A stretch of 59,322 nt of DNA from an uncultured delta proteobacterium (GCA_963728565.1 CAVSLC010000007.1:1-59322), one strand, 5' to 3'; counted from the first letter of the stretch, positions 1 to 10,534 are shown. Program-made: numbers and translations. The notes: a model not told the origin generated them from the letters alone.

Positions 1-178
1 CAGCGGGTACGCCCGCGGCAAGGACGCAACCAATATAAAGAAGAATAAACGCGGCGCCGCCATGCTGCCCGTGATGTAGGGATAGCGCCATACGTTGCGC
101 CAGGCCGAGAGCGGATCCCATAGATGCCAGAACGAAGCCTGCGGCGCCCGACCATGTTCGCCGCGATGAAGTTTTCAC
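1..178 (-). CDS. Sodium-dependent transporter (NSS/SNF family), 5' part only, runs off window; contains compensating indels
   Basis: GTG at 178 after AAGGAG. Reads RRTWSGAAGFVLASMGSALGL, then in a shifted frame NVWRYPYITG, then QHGGAAFILLYIG, matching the NSS TM1 signature GSAVGLGNIWRFPY..G..GG.AF. Confidence 0.8.
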   Translation of the reverse strand, partial: MKTSSRRTWSGAAGFVLASMGSALGLAQRMALSLHHGQHGGAAFILLYIGCVLAAGVPA

Positions 179-376
179 CCGAGTCTCCTTGAGATGATAT
201 GTTGAAATAACTGAAAGAACTAACTTGCTATGACAATTTTCGCTTCGGCGGAACCTATACCCGGACCACGAATCGGCACAGTCAGTCGTACTTTGAGACA
301 AGGCTGGCAGGCGCGGCTTAAGCCTGTTCTGTTGTCGGCTGGTTTCTCGATATTAGAATCTCGGTAGTGCGATTCT

Positions 377-1405
377 TTATTTGAGAACCTCAGACATTCT
401 CGCCACCGTGGCGGAATCCAGTTTGAAAAGGCCGGAAACTATTTTCTCGACTTCTTCTCCGCTCACTGGATCAACATCCAATTTGGACTTGACTGCTTCG
501 GCTAAGAAACTTTTGTCTTTCATGGTTTGTGCAAACGCCCGCCGCAGTATCTGAACGCGATCTTTGGGGGTGCCCGGCGGCAAAGCATAAGGACGAGTAA
601 TCGCTGCCGTGTCATGGATGCCCGCCTGAATCAGCTTTCGCGCCTCTTCTGTTTTTGCGAGCTCGATGGCCACAGGAACCTTTGGCAAATCAGGCACTGC
701 TTGGGGCACCGCCTGCAGTACGATGTTGACATCGCCAGCATCGAGGCCCTGGCGCCACATTACTTTGATTGACTCCCAGGCCCAGCAACCGCCGTCGATT
801 TCACCGCTCTCGGCGGCCAATTTAATCGGCGCAGTGCCTTTGTAACCGGTCACCAGCTGGATCGGCAGTCCGAGAGCTGCCCTGATCAATTTAGCGCTGT
901 CGTCGTTGGTGGTGCCTGGAGCGCTGCCGCCCAATTTGACCGGAGTCTTCGACGACATCCACGCATCGACGCTAGTGATGCCACTTGCCTTTGTCAGCGC
1001 GCAGACTACGTTGTCTTTTACCGGCACGCCGATCCATTCAAACTTTCTCGCATCGAATTCGATTCCTTGGCCGCCGAAAAGTTGCTGCGAAATGAGGTTG
1101 CCGATAAAATTTCCGATCGTCAGTCCATCCGGTTTGGCGGCCTTGTAGACCGAGTTGGCGGCAACCAGACTGCCCGCTCCGGTAACGTTATCCACTACGA
1201 CTGTGGGATTGCCCGGGATATATTTACCGATATGGCGGGCGATCGTACGGGAATAGGTGTCGAAACCGCCGCCGGCCGGAAAGCCGACGAGGATGCGGAT
1301 GGTCTTGCCTGTGTAGAAATCCTGCGCATAAGAACAATGCTCGAAACTGAAAAACGAGGCAAGAACAACTCCGGTAAGGCTCAAGTATAAGGTTACGCTC
1401 CTCAT
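377..1405 (-). CDS. Tripartite tricarboxylate transporter substrate-binding protein (Bug/TctC family)
   Basis: Signal peptide; IRILVGFPAGGGFDTYSR, VVDNVTGAGS, KPDGLTI and GYKGTA motifs; GGAG upstream of ATG 1405. Confidence 0.9.
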   Translation of the reverse strand: MRSVTLYLSLTGVVLASFFSFEHCSYAQDFYTGKTIRILVGFPAGGGFDTYSRTIARHIGKYIPGNPTVVVDNVTGAGSLVAANSVYKAAKPDGLTIGNFIGNLISQQLFGGQGIEFDARKFEWIGVPVKDNVVCALTKASGITSVDAWMSSKTPVKLGGSAPGTTNDDSAKLIRAALGLPIQLVTGYKGTAPIKLAAESGEIDGGCWAWESIKVMWRQGLDAGDVNIVLQAVPQAVPDLPKVPVAIELAKTEEARKLIQAGIHDTAAITRPYALPPGTPKDRVQILRRAFAQTMKDKSFLAEAVKSKLDVDPVSGEEVEKIVSGLFKLDSATVARMSEVLK

Positions 1406-1655
1406 GCGCCGTCTCCAATAGATTAGACACCCTGCCGCGCTAACAGCAGCGTCGGTGATTGTTTCGGTTATTAGAAAACGAACTGCGCAAAATATCACCC
1501 AGCCTCATGGAAGCTGTCAAGTGTAATCCGGCTGATGGAATCTCCCTTGATTATGAAAGGATATAACTGTTTGTTATGCGTGTCGGCGTCGTTTGAAGGT
1601 AGGGTCTGACGCTTGAAGGTTAATCGTTTGTACAGCGAAACTCGACCGTCTCTGC

Positions 1656-2087
1656 TCATTCCCCGACTGAGCGGCGCCAGCAGCCGCGGCATTGGCGCGC
1701 GCCGAAAGCTTTACGCCCGCCGCACGACGGGCAACGGTACGAGCGGGGATCTTTCCTGGTCTTCTCCACCAACTTAAGCGGGCTCAGAGCCAAGCGTAAT
1801 TCACGCACTTCTTTTTCATCCGCGCGTTCCGGGCACTCCCGACCTCGCCGCAGCCAGGGCCAGTAGAGCAAAACGTCGCCGGGTTTGGTGAGGGTTACGA
1901 CCTTGAATTGCTTGATGCTGCCGCAGCCGAATTGCTTTTGCATTTCGGCGCACTTCATCAGCGCCATGCCGCTCATCTTCATAGGGCACCAGACCATTCC
2001 GGTCGGGTAACTCCACTCCTTCGCAGCAATTCGCTCGACGGAGCGGCGCCTTTTAAACAGCTGCGCTTTTTTTATCACGCCGGACAT
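1656..2087 (-). CDS. Hypothetical basic Cys-rich protein with putative C-terminal zinc ribbon
   Basis: 143 aa ORF with GGAG upstream; CPSC...CRGC pair plus four other Cys. Confidence 0.6.
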   Translation of the reverse strand: MSGVIKKAQLFKRRRSVERIAAKEWSYPTGMVWCPMKMSGMALMKCAEMQKQFGCGSIKQFKVVTLTKPGDVLLYWPWLRRGRECPERADEKEVRELRLALSPLKLVEKTRKDPRSYRCPSCGGRKAFGARQCRGCWRRSVGE

Positions 2088-2199
2088 CCTGAAACTTTCT
2101 CCGTCTCAGTATGCGTAAAATCGTCGAGATCGCAAGCGCGAAACAGGCCGGAAAGCAATATCAGCATAAGCTTCTTTCGCAGCGCTCAATTGCCGGCCG

Positions 2200-3465
2200 C
2201 TATATCCTGTTCAGCGAAGCATAAGACGGCTCGCGAGCCACGCATGTTAGGGTGGCGGCGATCAGATAATTTGCGATGAACAATAGAAAGATAATTTGAT
2301 AGCTACCGCTCATATCGAAAGCCAATCCCGCCATCAAAGCTCCGACGCCCAGCCCGCCCTTATGAAAGGGCTCAAGGACGCTGGTGATGGCGCCGAACGA
2401 GCGCCGTCCGAAATACCGGGCAAGTAGAACATGCATCAGAACAAAACCGCCACGGGCGCTCAATCCGAAGATGATTGAGAAAAAAAACGCCGCCGGCGCG
2501 CCGCGCACTTGCGTCAGCAACACCACGGCGGCAGCCGCAAGCAGCATGGTCGCTACGCCCAGAGTGCGGGGATGGAATTTTTCCGCCAGGGCTCCCCACA
2601 GGCCGCTACCGAATGCTCCTGTCAAGGCCATGACGCTCAGTGCCCCGGCGGCTAGCGCGGGCTGAATGGTCATGTCCGTAAAATAGGCCACCATGTGAAA
2701 AGCGATGCCGCCGGTGGAAAGCGAATAGAAGCTGGCGGCCGCGACCAGGAGCCAGAGCGTTCGGGTGCGCATGGCATCTTTCAACGTCCAGCTCTGCTCG
2801 GTGGCCGCAGTGGGAGGCTCGGATTGCGGGCCGGCTTGCGCCGATTTCACAGCCGGCAAGGCTCCGTCGGGCAGCACTCCCATGTCTTCCGGCTGGCGGC
2901 GTAAAAAAAACAGGCCTGGCAAAACCACAAACAGCCAGAGCGCAACGCCAAGCATCATAAATGCGCTACGCCAACCGTAGGTTGCGATCATAAACTGGTA
3001 GAGCAGAGACAACACAAAAGATCCCAGCGGCACGGAGAGCGCGACCAAGCCGATAGCGCGGGGCCGCTTTGAATAAAACCAATTAGTCACCGCGGTCATC
3101 GGCACGACACCGGTGAGCAACGTTTCAGCCAGTCCTCGCGCAGGGACAAAGGTCGCGTAAAACTGCCAGGGCTCGTAGGTCAGGCTAAGGCACATGACGA
3201 ATGTGCCGACTAAGGCGGCGCCGACGGGAAGAAGGATGCGCGGTCCCAGTCTATCCGCGAGGGGACCTATCAAAGGCGCCAAAAGGCCGCCGGCCACCGA
3301 TCCGATGGTGATCGCCGAGGAAGTCAGGGTGCGACTCCAGCCAAGATCCTCAGTGATGGGCTTGAGAGCCACGGCCATGGTGACGTTACTTACTCCCGAG
3401 CCCAAAAAGCCGGCGAGCATGGCGATGCCGACGATGATCCAGCCATAAAAGAAAGGTAGTGTCAC
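2200..3465 (-). CDS. MFS transporter (OFA-like)
   Basis: About 12 hydrophobic segments; FFYGWIIV start; GPLADRLGPR motif A; YFGRRSFGAI. Confidence 0.92.
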   Translation of the reverse strand: MTLPFFYGWIIVGIAMLAGFLGSGVSNVTMAVALKPITEDLGWSRTLTSSAITIGSVAGGLLAPLIGPLADRLGPRILLPVGAALVGTFVMCLSLTYEPWQFYATFVPARGLAETLLTGVVPMTAVTNWFYSKRPRAIGLVALSVPLGSFVLSLLYQFMIATYGWRSAFMMLGVALWLFVVLPGLFFLRRQPEDMGVLPDGALPAVKSAQAGPQSEPPTAATEQSWTLKDAMRTRTLWLLVAAASFYSLSTGGIAFHMVAYFTDMTIQPALAAGALSVMALTGAFGSGLWGALAEKFHPRTLGVATMLLAAAAVVLLTQVRGAPAAFFFSIIFGLSARGGFVLMHVLLARYFGRRSFGAITSVLEPFHKGGLGVGALMAGLAFDMSGSYQIIFLLFIANYLIAATLTCVAREPSYASLNRI

Positions 3466-3861
3466 GGTTCGGCTTTAGCGATTGCGAGCGGCGGGTTTAC
3501 CAGCGCGATGGGAGGGTATCGATGGCGCATCGAGCATTGTCCCCGGGTACACGTAAGTGAGGCCAAGTAAATCGCGATATCAACAGCACTATGGCTCCAT
3601 TGCGCGCAATGTTTGCGAGTGAACCTTCCGGCATTTAATCAGACGGATTCCCGACCAAACCGCCTGCGGGGTTGGGGCAGATCGGGCGCGAACAAGTTGG
3701 TTCTCTTATTTCATCTTTCGGCAAAGAAAAAAAGACATAATCAACTTGATGTTGTATCGATGAGAAGTCTTGGAAGCCGCCTTACATCAAGCACAGCCTT
3801 TTGTTAGTTTGGATGAAACCCAGCAAAAGATTCGCAGTCGGAATAGCTAAGGAGACCTCGT

Positions 3862-4761
3862 TTGATCCGTATCGGGTACGCTTGCATCAACACTAAGCTG
3901 GACGCGCCTAATCGCACCTGCCGGCTAAAGAACGCAACCCCGGAAAAAATTCTTGAGCTGGCGGCGGCCAACCTCGAAGCGCTCCAGCCCATTTTGGATT
4001 GGAATGCGGCACACGGCATCGAGCTGTTTCGCATCACGTCGGACCTGATCCCATTTGGCTCGCATCCGATCAATACGATCCCATGGTGGCGGATCCTCAA
4101 GTCACAGTTCGCGCGGCTCGGTGATTTTATCGCGCGCAAGGGTTTGCGCGTCTCGATGCACCCCGGACAATTTACCATTCTCAACTCACCCCGTCGTGAA
4201 GTGGTTGCCAACAGCGTCAAAGAACTCGAATACCATACTGCGGTACTCGACGCGCTGGGAGTCGATAACAGCCATAAAATCGTCATTCACCTTGGCGGCG
4301 TCTACGGAGACAAAGCGGAAAGTCTCAGTCGCTTCGTCGAGAATTGCAAAAAGCTCAACTCCCATATCAGGGCCCGGCTCGTAATCGAGAACGACGAGCG
4401 CTGCTACGCGGTCGATGACGTGCTCGGCGCCTCTAGAGCGATCGGCGTGCCCGTCGTATTCGATGTCTTCCATCATGTTTGGAACCCGGCGCTCGAAGGG
4501 CTGCCGGTGAGATTAGTTATCGGGCTTGCCGCCAAGACCTGGCGCAAGCGCGATGGACGGGTCAAGATCCATTACTCGAACCAGTGGCCCGGAGGACCCG
4601 CGGGCGCTCACTCGAAGTCAATCAATGTCGGGAAGTTTTTGCGGTTTTATGACACGATCCACGATCTCGATCTGGACATCATGCTTGAGGTCAAAGACAA
4701 AGAGCAGTCGGTTTTGAAGCTCTTCCGAGCGCTGAGCGCGCGGCAACCTCGTGCCGCTTGA
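3862..4761 (+). CDS. uvsE: UV DNA damage endonuclease
   Basis: RIGYAC, LFRITSDLIPFGSHP, SMHPGQF, IHLGG, IENDE, FDVFHH, KIHYS, HS and MLEVKDKE motifs; AAGGAG RBS. Confidence 0.95.
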   Translation: MIRIGYACINTKLDAPNRTCRLKNATPEKILELAAANLEALQPILDWNAAHGIELFRITSDLIPFGSHPINTIPWWRILKSQFARLGDFIARKGLRVSMHPGQFTILNSPRREVVANSVKELEYHTAVLDALGVDNSHKIVIHLGGVYGDKAESLSRFVENCKKLNSHIRARLVIENDERCYAVDDVLGASRAIGVPVVFDVFHHVWNPALEGLPVRLVIGLAAKTWRKRDGRVKIHYSNQWPGGPAGAHSKSINVGKFLRFYDTIHDLDLDIMLEVKDKEQSVLKLFRALSARQPRAA

Positions 4762-4930
4762 TGGTTGTGAGCCAACTGAGGCAATTCAGAACGGCGCCGT
4801 CAGCGCACCTCCAAACAAAGCCGGTGCGCTAACAGACTTGGCTGGCGCAACTCAACCATCTAATCAGCTTCTGCGAACCATCGGAACGGAGCGGAGCGAC
4901 TAAACGTCTGGAACGATTTGAACAATCGCT

Positions 4931-5662
4931 TCAGCGATTTTCGATTGGCTCCAACCCGCTCTTGGTGATCGCGCCGGCCGCCTCAGGTGAGGCGAGGAAC
5001 TTGATCAGCGCGTGAGCCGCGTCCGAATCTCCGGTACTCCGGGCGACGCCGGCCGAGAAGACAGAAACTTTCTGCACCTCGGGAGGCAACGGTGTCACGT
5101 GATCGATCCCGGGTATGGGAAGCAGTTCGCTGATCTGCTGAAAGCCGATTTCCGCCTCTCCTCGCGCGACCACCGCGCCGACTCGCTCACCGCCTTCAAT
5201 GCGCCGGCACTTGCTCATCACCTGATCGGCTATTCCCAAGCGTTGAAGCAGCTCATTGGCCAAATATTCCCCGCTTACACTGGCCGAGTAGGCGATCGAG
5301 TTCGCTTGCAAAAGCGTGCGCGTCAGCGCGTCCACGGTGCTGATGTCCGGCTTGCGAGCTCCGGCGCGCACCGCCATGCCGATGGCTGAGCGTGCAACGG
5401 GAGTATAGCTTTCGGCAATTATCAGGCCTTCCTTGATGAATCCAAGTAGTACCGCATCCGCGACAATGACAACGTCTACGGGTTCACCACGTCGTAGCCG
5501 ATTCGGGATGGAGGTCTCCCCGGTCCCAATGGAGGTTGCGGCGGTCACGAGCTTCTTCCTGGTGACTAGTTCGAGTCGAGGAACGAGCTCAAGATAGGCC
5601 GCGGTAAAAGCCCCTGAGGTCATGACCCGTATTTCATCTGTCATGCTATTCGTTGTATTCAT
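4931..5662 (-). CDS. ModA-like substrate-binding-fold protein without signal peptide
   Basis: MTSGAFTAAY, IPNRLRRGEPVDVVI, SIAYSASVSG and VARGEAEIGFQQISEL motifs; start codon uncertain (5662 or 5644). Confidence 0.85.
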   Translation of the reverse strand: MNTTNSMTDEIRVMTSGAFTAAYLELVPRLELVTRKKLVTAATSIGTGETSIPNRLRRGEPVDVVIVADAVLLGFIKEGLIIAESYTPVARSAIGMAVRAGARKPDISTVDALTRTLLQANSIAYSASVSGEYLANELLQRLGIADQVMSKCRRIEGGERVGAVVARGEAEIGFQQISELLPIPGIDHVTPLPPEVQKVSVFSAGVARSTGDSDAAHALIKFLASPEAAGAITKSGLEPIENR

Positions 5663-5891
5663 GGTAGTCTCAACTTCCGACATTGGTGTATTCGTCTTGC
5701 GTAGTACCACCAGTATCGCCAAGCCAACGAGCGATCAAGCTATTTGGGAGCGAATGCAAAACCGAGGTTGGCTGTGTTGTTTGAAATGACCGGCTATCCA
5801 TTTATATTAGATTTCTAAACCTTGAATTAAACCTTGTTCGGTACGCCGAAAAGAAGAAAGCCACTTAGCACGAAGAATAGGAGCCAACCCG

Positions 5892-6962
5892 ATGCCAATG
5901 ATTGATGCCGATACTCATGTCGACGAATCCGAAGACACCTGGAAGAAGTTGGAGGGTACAACCTATGCGAAGTACATTCCGGTGACGATTGCGATGCCTC
6001 CGGATGAAGCCAAACGCGCCGGCTATAACCCGACCAATAGCCGTTGCTGGGTGGTGGAAGGCCGGCTGCAGAACCGTGCGATCCGCGATGAAGTCAATCA
6101 TCCGCCCCGTGTCCTGCGAGAGCTCCAGGATGTCCCCGGCCGGCTCGCGCACATGGACAAGATGGGCGTCGACGTGCAAGTTATCTTTCCGACGTTCTTC
6201 ATCCGCTACAATACTAGCAACGCCGAAGCCGAATGGGCGCTGACCACGACCTACAATCGCTGGCTCGCCGATAAATGCGCGCAAACCAAGGGGCGGCTAC
6301 GATGGGCGGCTGTGCTACCGCTGCTTCAGCCGGACAGGGCTGTGGAGGAGCTGCGTTGGGCCAAAGCGCACGGCGCCTGCGGCATCTTCAAGCGCGGCTT
6401 CGATCTCGACAGAAATGTCACCGACCCGCATTTTTTTCCAGTTTACGAAGAAGCGAGCGCGCTCGACCTGCCTCTGTGCATCCACACCGGCCATCCGCTT
6501 CCGGCGAGCGAGTGGGACAGGGGTTTTCCGATCATGTATTCCTTCACTCAACTGGTGAGCTCGGCTCTTGCGCAGAAGTTCCCGAAACTTCGGTTTGGCC
6601 TGATTGAGTCGGGCGCCTCGTGGATTCCCTATGCCATCTCGCAGTTGGGAGCGGTAAAACGGCAAGCGCTGCGCGGCCAACAGACTCGATTGCCGCGCCT
6701 GTTTGAACTGGAACCGGAACTGTTCCGCGCCAACCGGCTGTTCGTCACTATCGATCCGATTGACGATATCGAGTCTTTACTAAAATTTGGCACCGAAGAT
6801 AATCTGATGATCGGCACCGACTACAGCCACACTGATATTTCCGCCAACCTGAGCGCGTTAGATGAAGTCCGCAGCTGGGCTGAAGAGGGCAGGATCAGCA
6901 ACGCCCAGGCAAGCAAGATTCTGGAGAGCAACTCGAAGGCGTTCTACGGACTCTACGAATAA
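5892..6962 (+). CDS. Amidohydrolase family 2 protein
   Basis: IDADTHVDE, GVDVQVIFPT, CIHTGH, IESGASWIP and GTDYSH motifs; AGGAG RBS. Confidence 0.92.
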   Translation: MPMIDADTHVDESEDTWKKLEGTTYAKYIPVTIAMPPDEAKRAGYNPTNSRCWVVEGRLQNRAIRDEVNHPPRVLRELQDVPGRLAHMDKMGVDVQVIFPTFFIRYNTSNAEAEWALTTTYNRWLADKCAQTKGRLRWAAVLPLLQPDRAVEELRWAKAHGACGIFKRGFDLDRNVTDPHFFPVYEEASALDLPLCIHTGHPLPASEWDRGFPIMYSFTQLVSSALAQKFPKLRFGLIESGASWIPYAISQLGAVKRQALRGQQTRLPRLFELEPELFRANRLFVTIDPIDDIESLLKFGTEDNLMIGTDYSHTDISANLSALDEVRSWAEEGRISNAQASKILESNSKAFYGLYE

Positions 6963-7036
6963 AGATGCCCTGCGGCCTGAGAGGCGGGCGGGGAAGGAAG
7001 CAGCGTGTATGCGAAATGAGGAGAGGAGCTTAAACG

Positions 7037-7435
7037 ATGAGAATTAGAGCGATCGCCATATCCTTTCTCTTCTTTGCGGTCATTTTTGTCTCGGGCTACG
7101 TGCTGCTGATTCATGGCGCTGCGGCGACGGCCAATCCTGATCTCTTCGTTTTTCCCAAGTATCAGTATGGGCCGGCGGACAAAGTTTGGGACGAGATTAT
7201 GGTCGGGATCGCCAAGGCAGAGGCTGACTACGTGCGCGCGGTGCTGCGTCGCGGCGGTGTCGCCCCGGGATACAAGGAGCAGATAATCGCGTTTCGCGAT
7301 GAGGCAATTTACTGGGATTCTGTCGCCAAGGTCATGGTCTACCATTCCGATTTCGAAGCGGCCCGTCAGGCCGGGAGGAAAGCTGAAATGCTGCTCAGGC
7401 AAATGGCCGGCATCATAGCTGGAGAGAAGACTTAG
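7037..7435 (+). CDS. Hypothetical protein with N-terminal membrane anchor or signal peptide
   Basis: GAGGAG RBS; hydrophobic N-terminus; helical remainder. Confidence 0.65.
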   Translation: MRIRAIAISFLFFAVIFVSGYVLLIHGAAATANPDLFVFPKYQYGPADKVWDEIMVGIAKAEADYVRAVLRRGGVAPGYKEQIIAFRDEAIYWDSVAKVMVYHSDFEAARQAGRKAEMLLRQMAGIIAGEKT

Positions 7436-7479
7436 CTGAGTTATGCGCGCGTCGAAATGTTACGACGTTTCCGCCAGAA

Positions 7480-8199
7480 CTAGGCCGGCAAATCGGCAAC
7501 GGCAATACCGGAATCGATGGCTTCACACTTGGCTTCTTCAGCAGCGGATTTTTGTTGCGCCAGCGCCAGCACCTCGGCGGCGCGGGCGCGCGGAATAAAG
7601 CAAACGCCGGTCTCATCGGCGAGCACGATATCCCCGGACGCCACGCGCACCCCGCCCACCGCAATCTCGCCGTTGATCTCGACGGTTTCGATGCGCCACT
7701 TGCCGGTGACCGGGGTGATCTCCGTGGCCCATACCGGATAGCCGACCCGGCGCGAGTGGCCGACGTCGCGCACACCGCCGAATACGACAGCGCCCGCCTC
7801 ACCTTGGCGTTTACCGGTTTGGGCGGAGATGCCGCCCATGTTGGAAACTCCGGCCACGCCATCGATCACCACGACGTCGCCGGGTAGAGCTAAATTGTGC
7901 GCCTCGAACTCGGCCATTTTATTGACATGCCGGCGCGCGGCTTCGTAGACATGCTCGCGTTGGATGATGTTGCGAACCGTTAGGGCCGGCCCAACAATCG
8001 ACTGGCCCACGATGGTCGGCTTGAGCACTGATGCGCCGATGACGCCGGTAATGCCAAGCTCATCCATCACGTCGGAGACGATGCCGCTGGCATCGCCGAG
8101 CGCCCGAAAGCCTTCGATGATTCCGTCCGGCGGGCGCGGCGTTTCCATCCTTCGAATGCGCTCGCGCGCGATCTTACCGGTAAGCTTTCGCTCAGTCAT
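7480..8199 (-). CDS. RraA family / HMG aldolase-like protein
   Basis: VSDVMD, VGPALTV, PGDVVVID, GGVRD and GDIVLADETGV motifs; GGAGGTG RBS. Confidence 0.9.
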   Translation of the reverse strand: MTERKLTGKIARERIRRMETPRPPDGIIEGFRALGDASGIVSDVMDELGITGVIGASVLKPTIVGQSIVGPALTVRNIIQREHVYEAARRHVNKMAEFEAHNLALPGDVVVIDGVAGVSNMGGISAQTGKRQGEAGAVVFGGVRDVGHSRRVGYPVWATEITPVTGKWRIETVEINGEIAVGGVRVASGDIVLADETGVCFIPRARAAEVLALAQQKSAAEEAKCEAIDSGIAVADLPA

Positions 8200-8394
8200 C
8201 GTCACCTCCCGGAGCATGTATCGCGGCCAAAATAGGACGGGTGGGATTTACCGTCAAGCCGGACAGAATTTTTCATCGTGCGCAGGTAGAAGCATGCTTG
8301 CGGCTGCGCGTCCAACGCCGCACCGAGCGAACGAGATCTCGGTGAGGCCGGGTCATGCCAGCTACGCGGTCGCAGGTGCATAACAACACGCGCG

Positions 8395-8424
8395 TTGACA
8401 GCCAATAAATCCCCGGCCTATAAA
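8395..8424 (+). promoter_or_regulatory. Sigma70-like promoter of the VOC gene
   Basis: TTGACA (8395-8400), 18-nt spacer, TATAAA (8419-8424), 25 nt upstream of ATG 8449. Confidence 0.6.
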
Positions 8425-8448
8425 CAAGCGACCAATGCGGAGGTAAAC

Positions 8449-9234
8449 ATGGGTAAGCTCAGACACATTGCGTTTATTTCCCGGGAGCCCAAGAAACTCA
8501 GCGACTTTTATCAGAAGCATTTCGGCTTCGAGGAATGTAAGGTATTTCCCAGCGGATCGCGCATGGTGATCGATCCGCTTTTTAACCTGGCATTTTTACA
8601 GAGCAGGGGTGATCAGGCGGGCCCCGTCGTTGGCACGCATCGCGCCGACGGTGCGGAGCTGGAGCGGCAGCCGGGGATTCATCATTACGGTTTTCTTGTC
8701 GATGACTTGAACGAGGCCGTCGCCAAGTTGCCGGCATCCTTGAATCGCGGCGCAAGCCCGCAGGTATCGGCTGGAGTCGGCGGTCCGGAGGGGGCGCGGC
8801 CGGCGGAAATGCGATTTGTCGATCCGTGGGGAAACAACGTCGATCTTTCGGCGCGCGGTTTTCTCGGCAGGGAAGAGAAAAGGATCCCCGGCGTGCGACT
8901 GCTCGCGGTGCAAGTTCCCGATCTGGCCGCGGCGTGCGAATTTTATCAACGGCAGTTTGACCTTGAAATCGTTGGGTGGACCGATGATGGGACGGTGCGC
9001 CTGAGCGATGGAACCGTGACCTTGCTGTTGACCAAAACACAGGTGCGCCCCAAGAGCGGCGTGCAATACTTCGGTATCCAGGTAAGCGACGTGGCGACAC
9101 TCAAGAGGAGCTTACAAGACAGCGGGGTGGCGGTTTCAGAGGACGGACCCGGGCAGATTCACTTCATTGATCCGGAAGGGAACCGGGTGGCGGTGTCGCA
9201 GACCGGCTGGACAAACCAGCCTGGTGATTCGTAA
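8449..9234 (+). CDS. VOC/glyoxalase family protein (two domains)
   Basis: LRHIAF, GIHHYGFLVDD, RFVDPWGN and FIDPEGNRV motifs; GGAGG RBS. Confidence 0.9.
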   Translation: MGKLRHIAFISREPKKLSDFYQKHFGFEECKVFPSGSRMVIDPLFNLAFLQSRGDQAGPVVGTHRADGAELERQPGIHHYGFLVDDLNEAVAKLPASLNRGASPQVSAGVGGPEGARPAEMRFVDPWGNNVDLSARGFLGREEKRIPGVRLLAVQVPDLAAACEFYQRQFDLEIVGWTDDGTVRLSDGTVTLLLTKTQVRPKSGVQYFGIQVSDVATLKRSLQDSGVAVSEDGPGQIHFIDPEGNRVAVSQTGWTNQPGDS

Positions 9235-9239
9235 GGCTG

Positions 9240-9780
9240 CTATCACAGTCCGAGCTCCTTGTGAACGTCGCGTAAAATGGTGGTCGGCAACTTCGCCGAT
9301 CGGAATGTCACGCTGATTAACGCCTCTCCTGGCCTGCTCGATTGAAAGCTTAAGTCCATCTTCAGGAATGCCGCCATCGTGGCTGATGACTTTCACGGTG
9401 GAGTCGTAAGCGGCGTAGGCATGTTCCGGTTTGGCTTTCCCCACGCTATCAAATTTTTCACGGCTTCTTGCCAATTGTCTCGAATGAAACGCCTCGCTCT
9501 GATCAAGACTGCCGCGTGTGATTCAACGTACCCAGGGAGATGGCGAGGAGGAGCACGAACATCAGTGTTGACATAGCCAGGCTCCAACGCTGGTTACTGA
9601 TTCTGAACTCTCGGTACCGTCGGTTGAGCAGGCTCTCAATGCTACAACCGAGCATTCTTCATCAATCGGCGATGCCGACCTCGAGAGTGCTGCCGGTTTT
9701 CTTTGCGATAGCGCGGAACGTGAAGGCCTTGATGATGAATTTGACGGCTGCTGGTAAGCTGATCCGAAATTCAGCTACCA
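9240..9780 (-). pseudogene. Decayed NMT1/SsuA-like ABC substrate-binding protein remnant
   Basis: Fragments in different frames with stops and internal loss (RRFIRDNWQEAVKNLIAWGK / KPEHAYAAYDSTVKVISHDGGIPEDGLKLSIEQARR...IPIGEVAD), resembling SBP C-termini. Boundaries approximate. Confidence 0.6.
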
Positions 9781-9841
9781 TTCGCTTGACGCCTTCCGCG
9801 CGGGCGGTGTAGTTGTGACGAAAAAGACGGGAGTCATTAGC

Positions 9842-10534
9842 ATGATCGATCTCTACTATTGGACGACGCCGAACGGACACAAAATCACCATCTTCCTGGA
9901 AGAAGCCGGACTGCCGTACTCGATCAAGCCAGTTGATATTTCTAAAGGTGAGCAATTCACGCCGGAGTTTCTGAAAATCTCGCCAAACAATCGCATACCG
10001 GCGATGGTCGACAACGATCCAGGGGACGGCAAAGGACCGCTCAGCGTTTTTGAGTCCGGCGCGATCCTGCAGTACCTGGCCGAGAAGACCGGTAAATTCT
10101 TGCCTGCCGATGCGCGCGGGCGGACCGAGGTGATGCAGTGGCTCTTCTGGCAGATGGGCGGGCTCGGTCCGATGGCGGGGCAGAACGGCCATTTCAACAA
10201 CTACGCGCCGGAGAAAATACCTTACGCGATCGAACGCTACGTCAAAGAGACCGAACGGCTTTACGGCGTGCTCGACGAGCGGCTCGAAGGCCGCGACTTT
10301 ATCGCCGGCGATTATTCGATCGCCGACATGGCGTGCTATCCCTGGATCGTGCCGCATGAACGGCACAAGCAGAAGCTCGATGAGTTCGCCAATCTGAAAC
10401 GCTGGTTCTCGGCGATTGGAGAGCGACCCGCTGTGCGGCGAGCTTACGAGCTGGCAAAAAAGATCAACACTCAACCGACGGTAAATCAGGATTCCAAGTC
10501 GATCCTATTCGGCCAGGGCCGGCGTAGAGCGTAG
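9842..10534 (+). CDS. yfcG: Glutathione S-transferase, GSH-dependent disulfide oxidoreductase (YfcG/Nu class)
   Basis: MIDLYYWTTPNGHKITIFLEE, ISPNNRIPA, FESGAIL and WLFWQMGGLGPMAGQ motifs. Confidence 0.9.
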   Translation: MIDLYYWTTPNGHKITIFLEEAGLPYSIKPVDISKGEQFTPEFLKISPNNRIPAMVDNDPGDGKGPLSVFESGAILQYLAEKTGKFLPADARGRTEVMQWLFWQMGGLGPMAGQNGHFNNYAPEKIPYAIERYVKETERLYGVLDERLEGRDFIAGDYSIADMACYPWIVPHERHKQKLDEFANLKRWFSAIGERPAVRRAYELAKKINTQPTVNQDSKSILFGQGRRRA

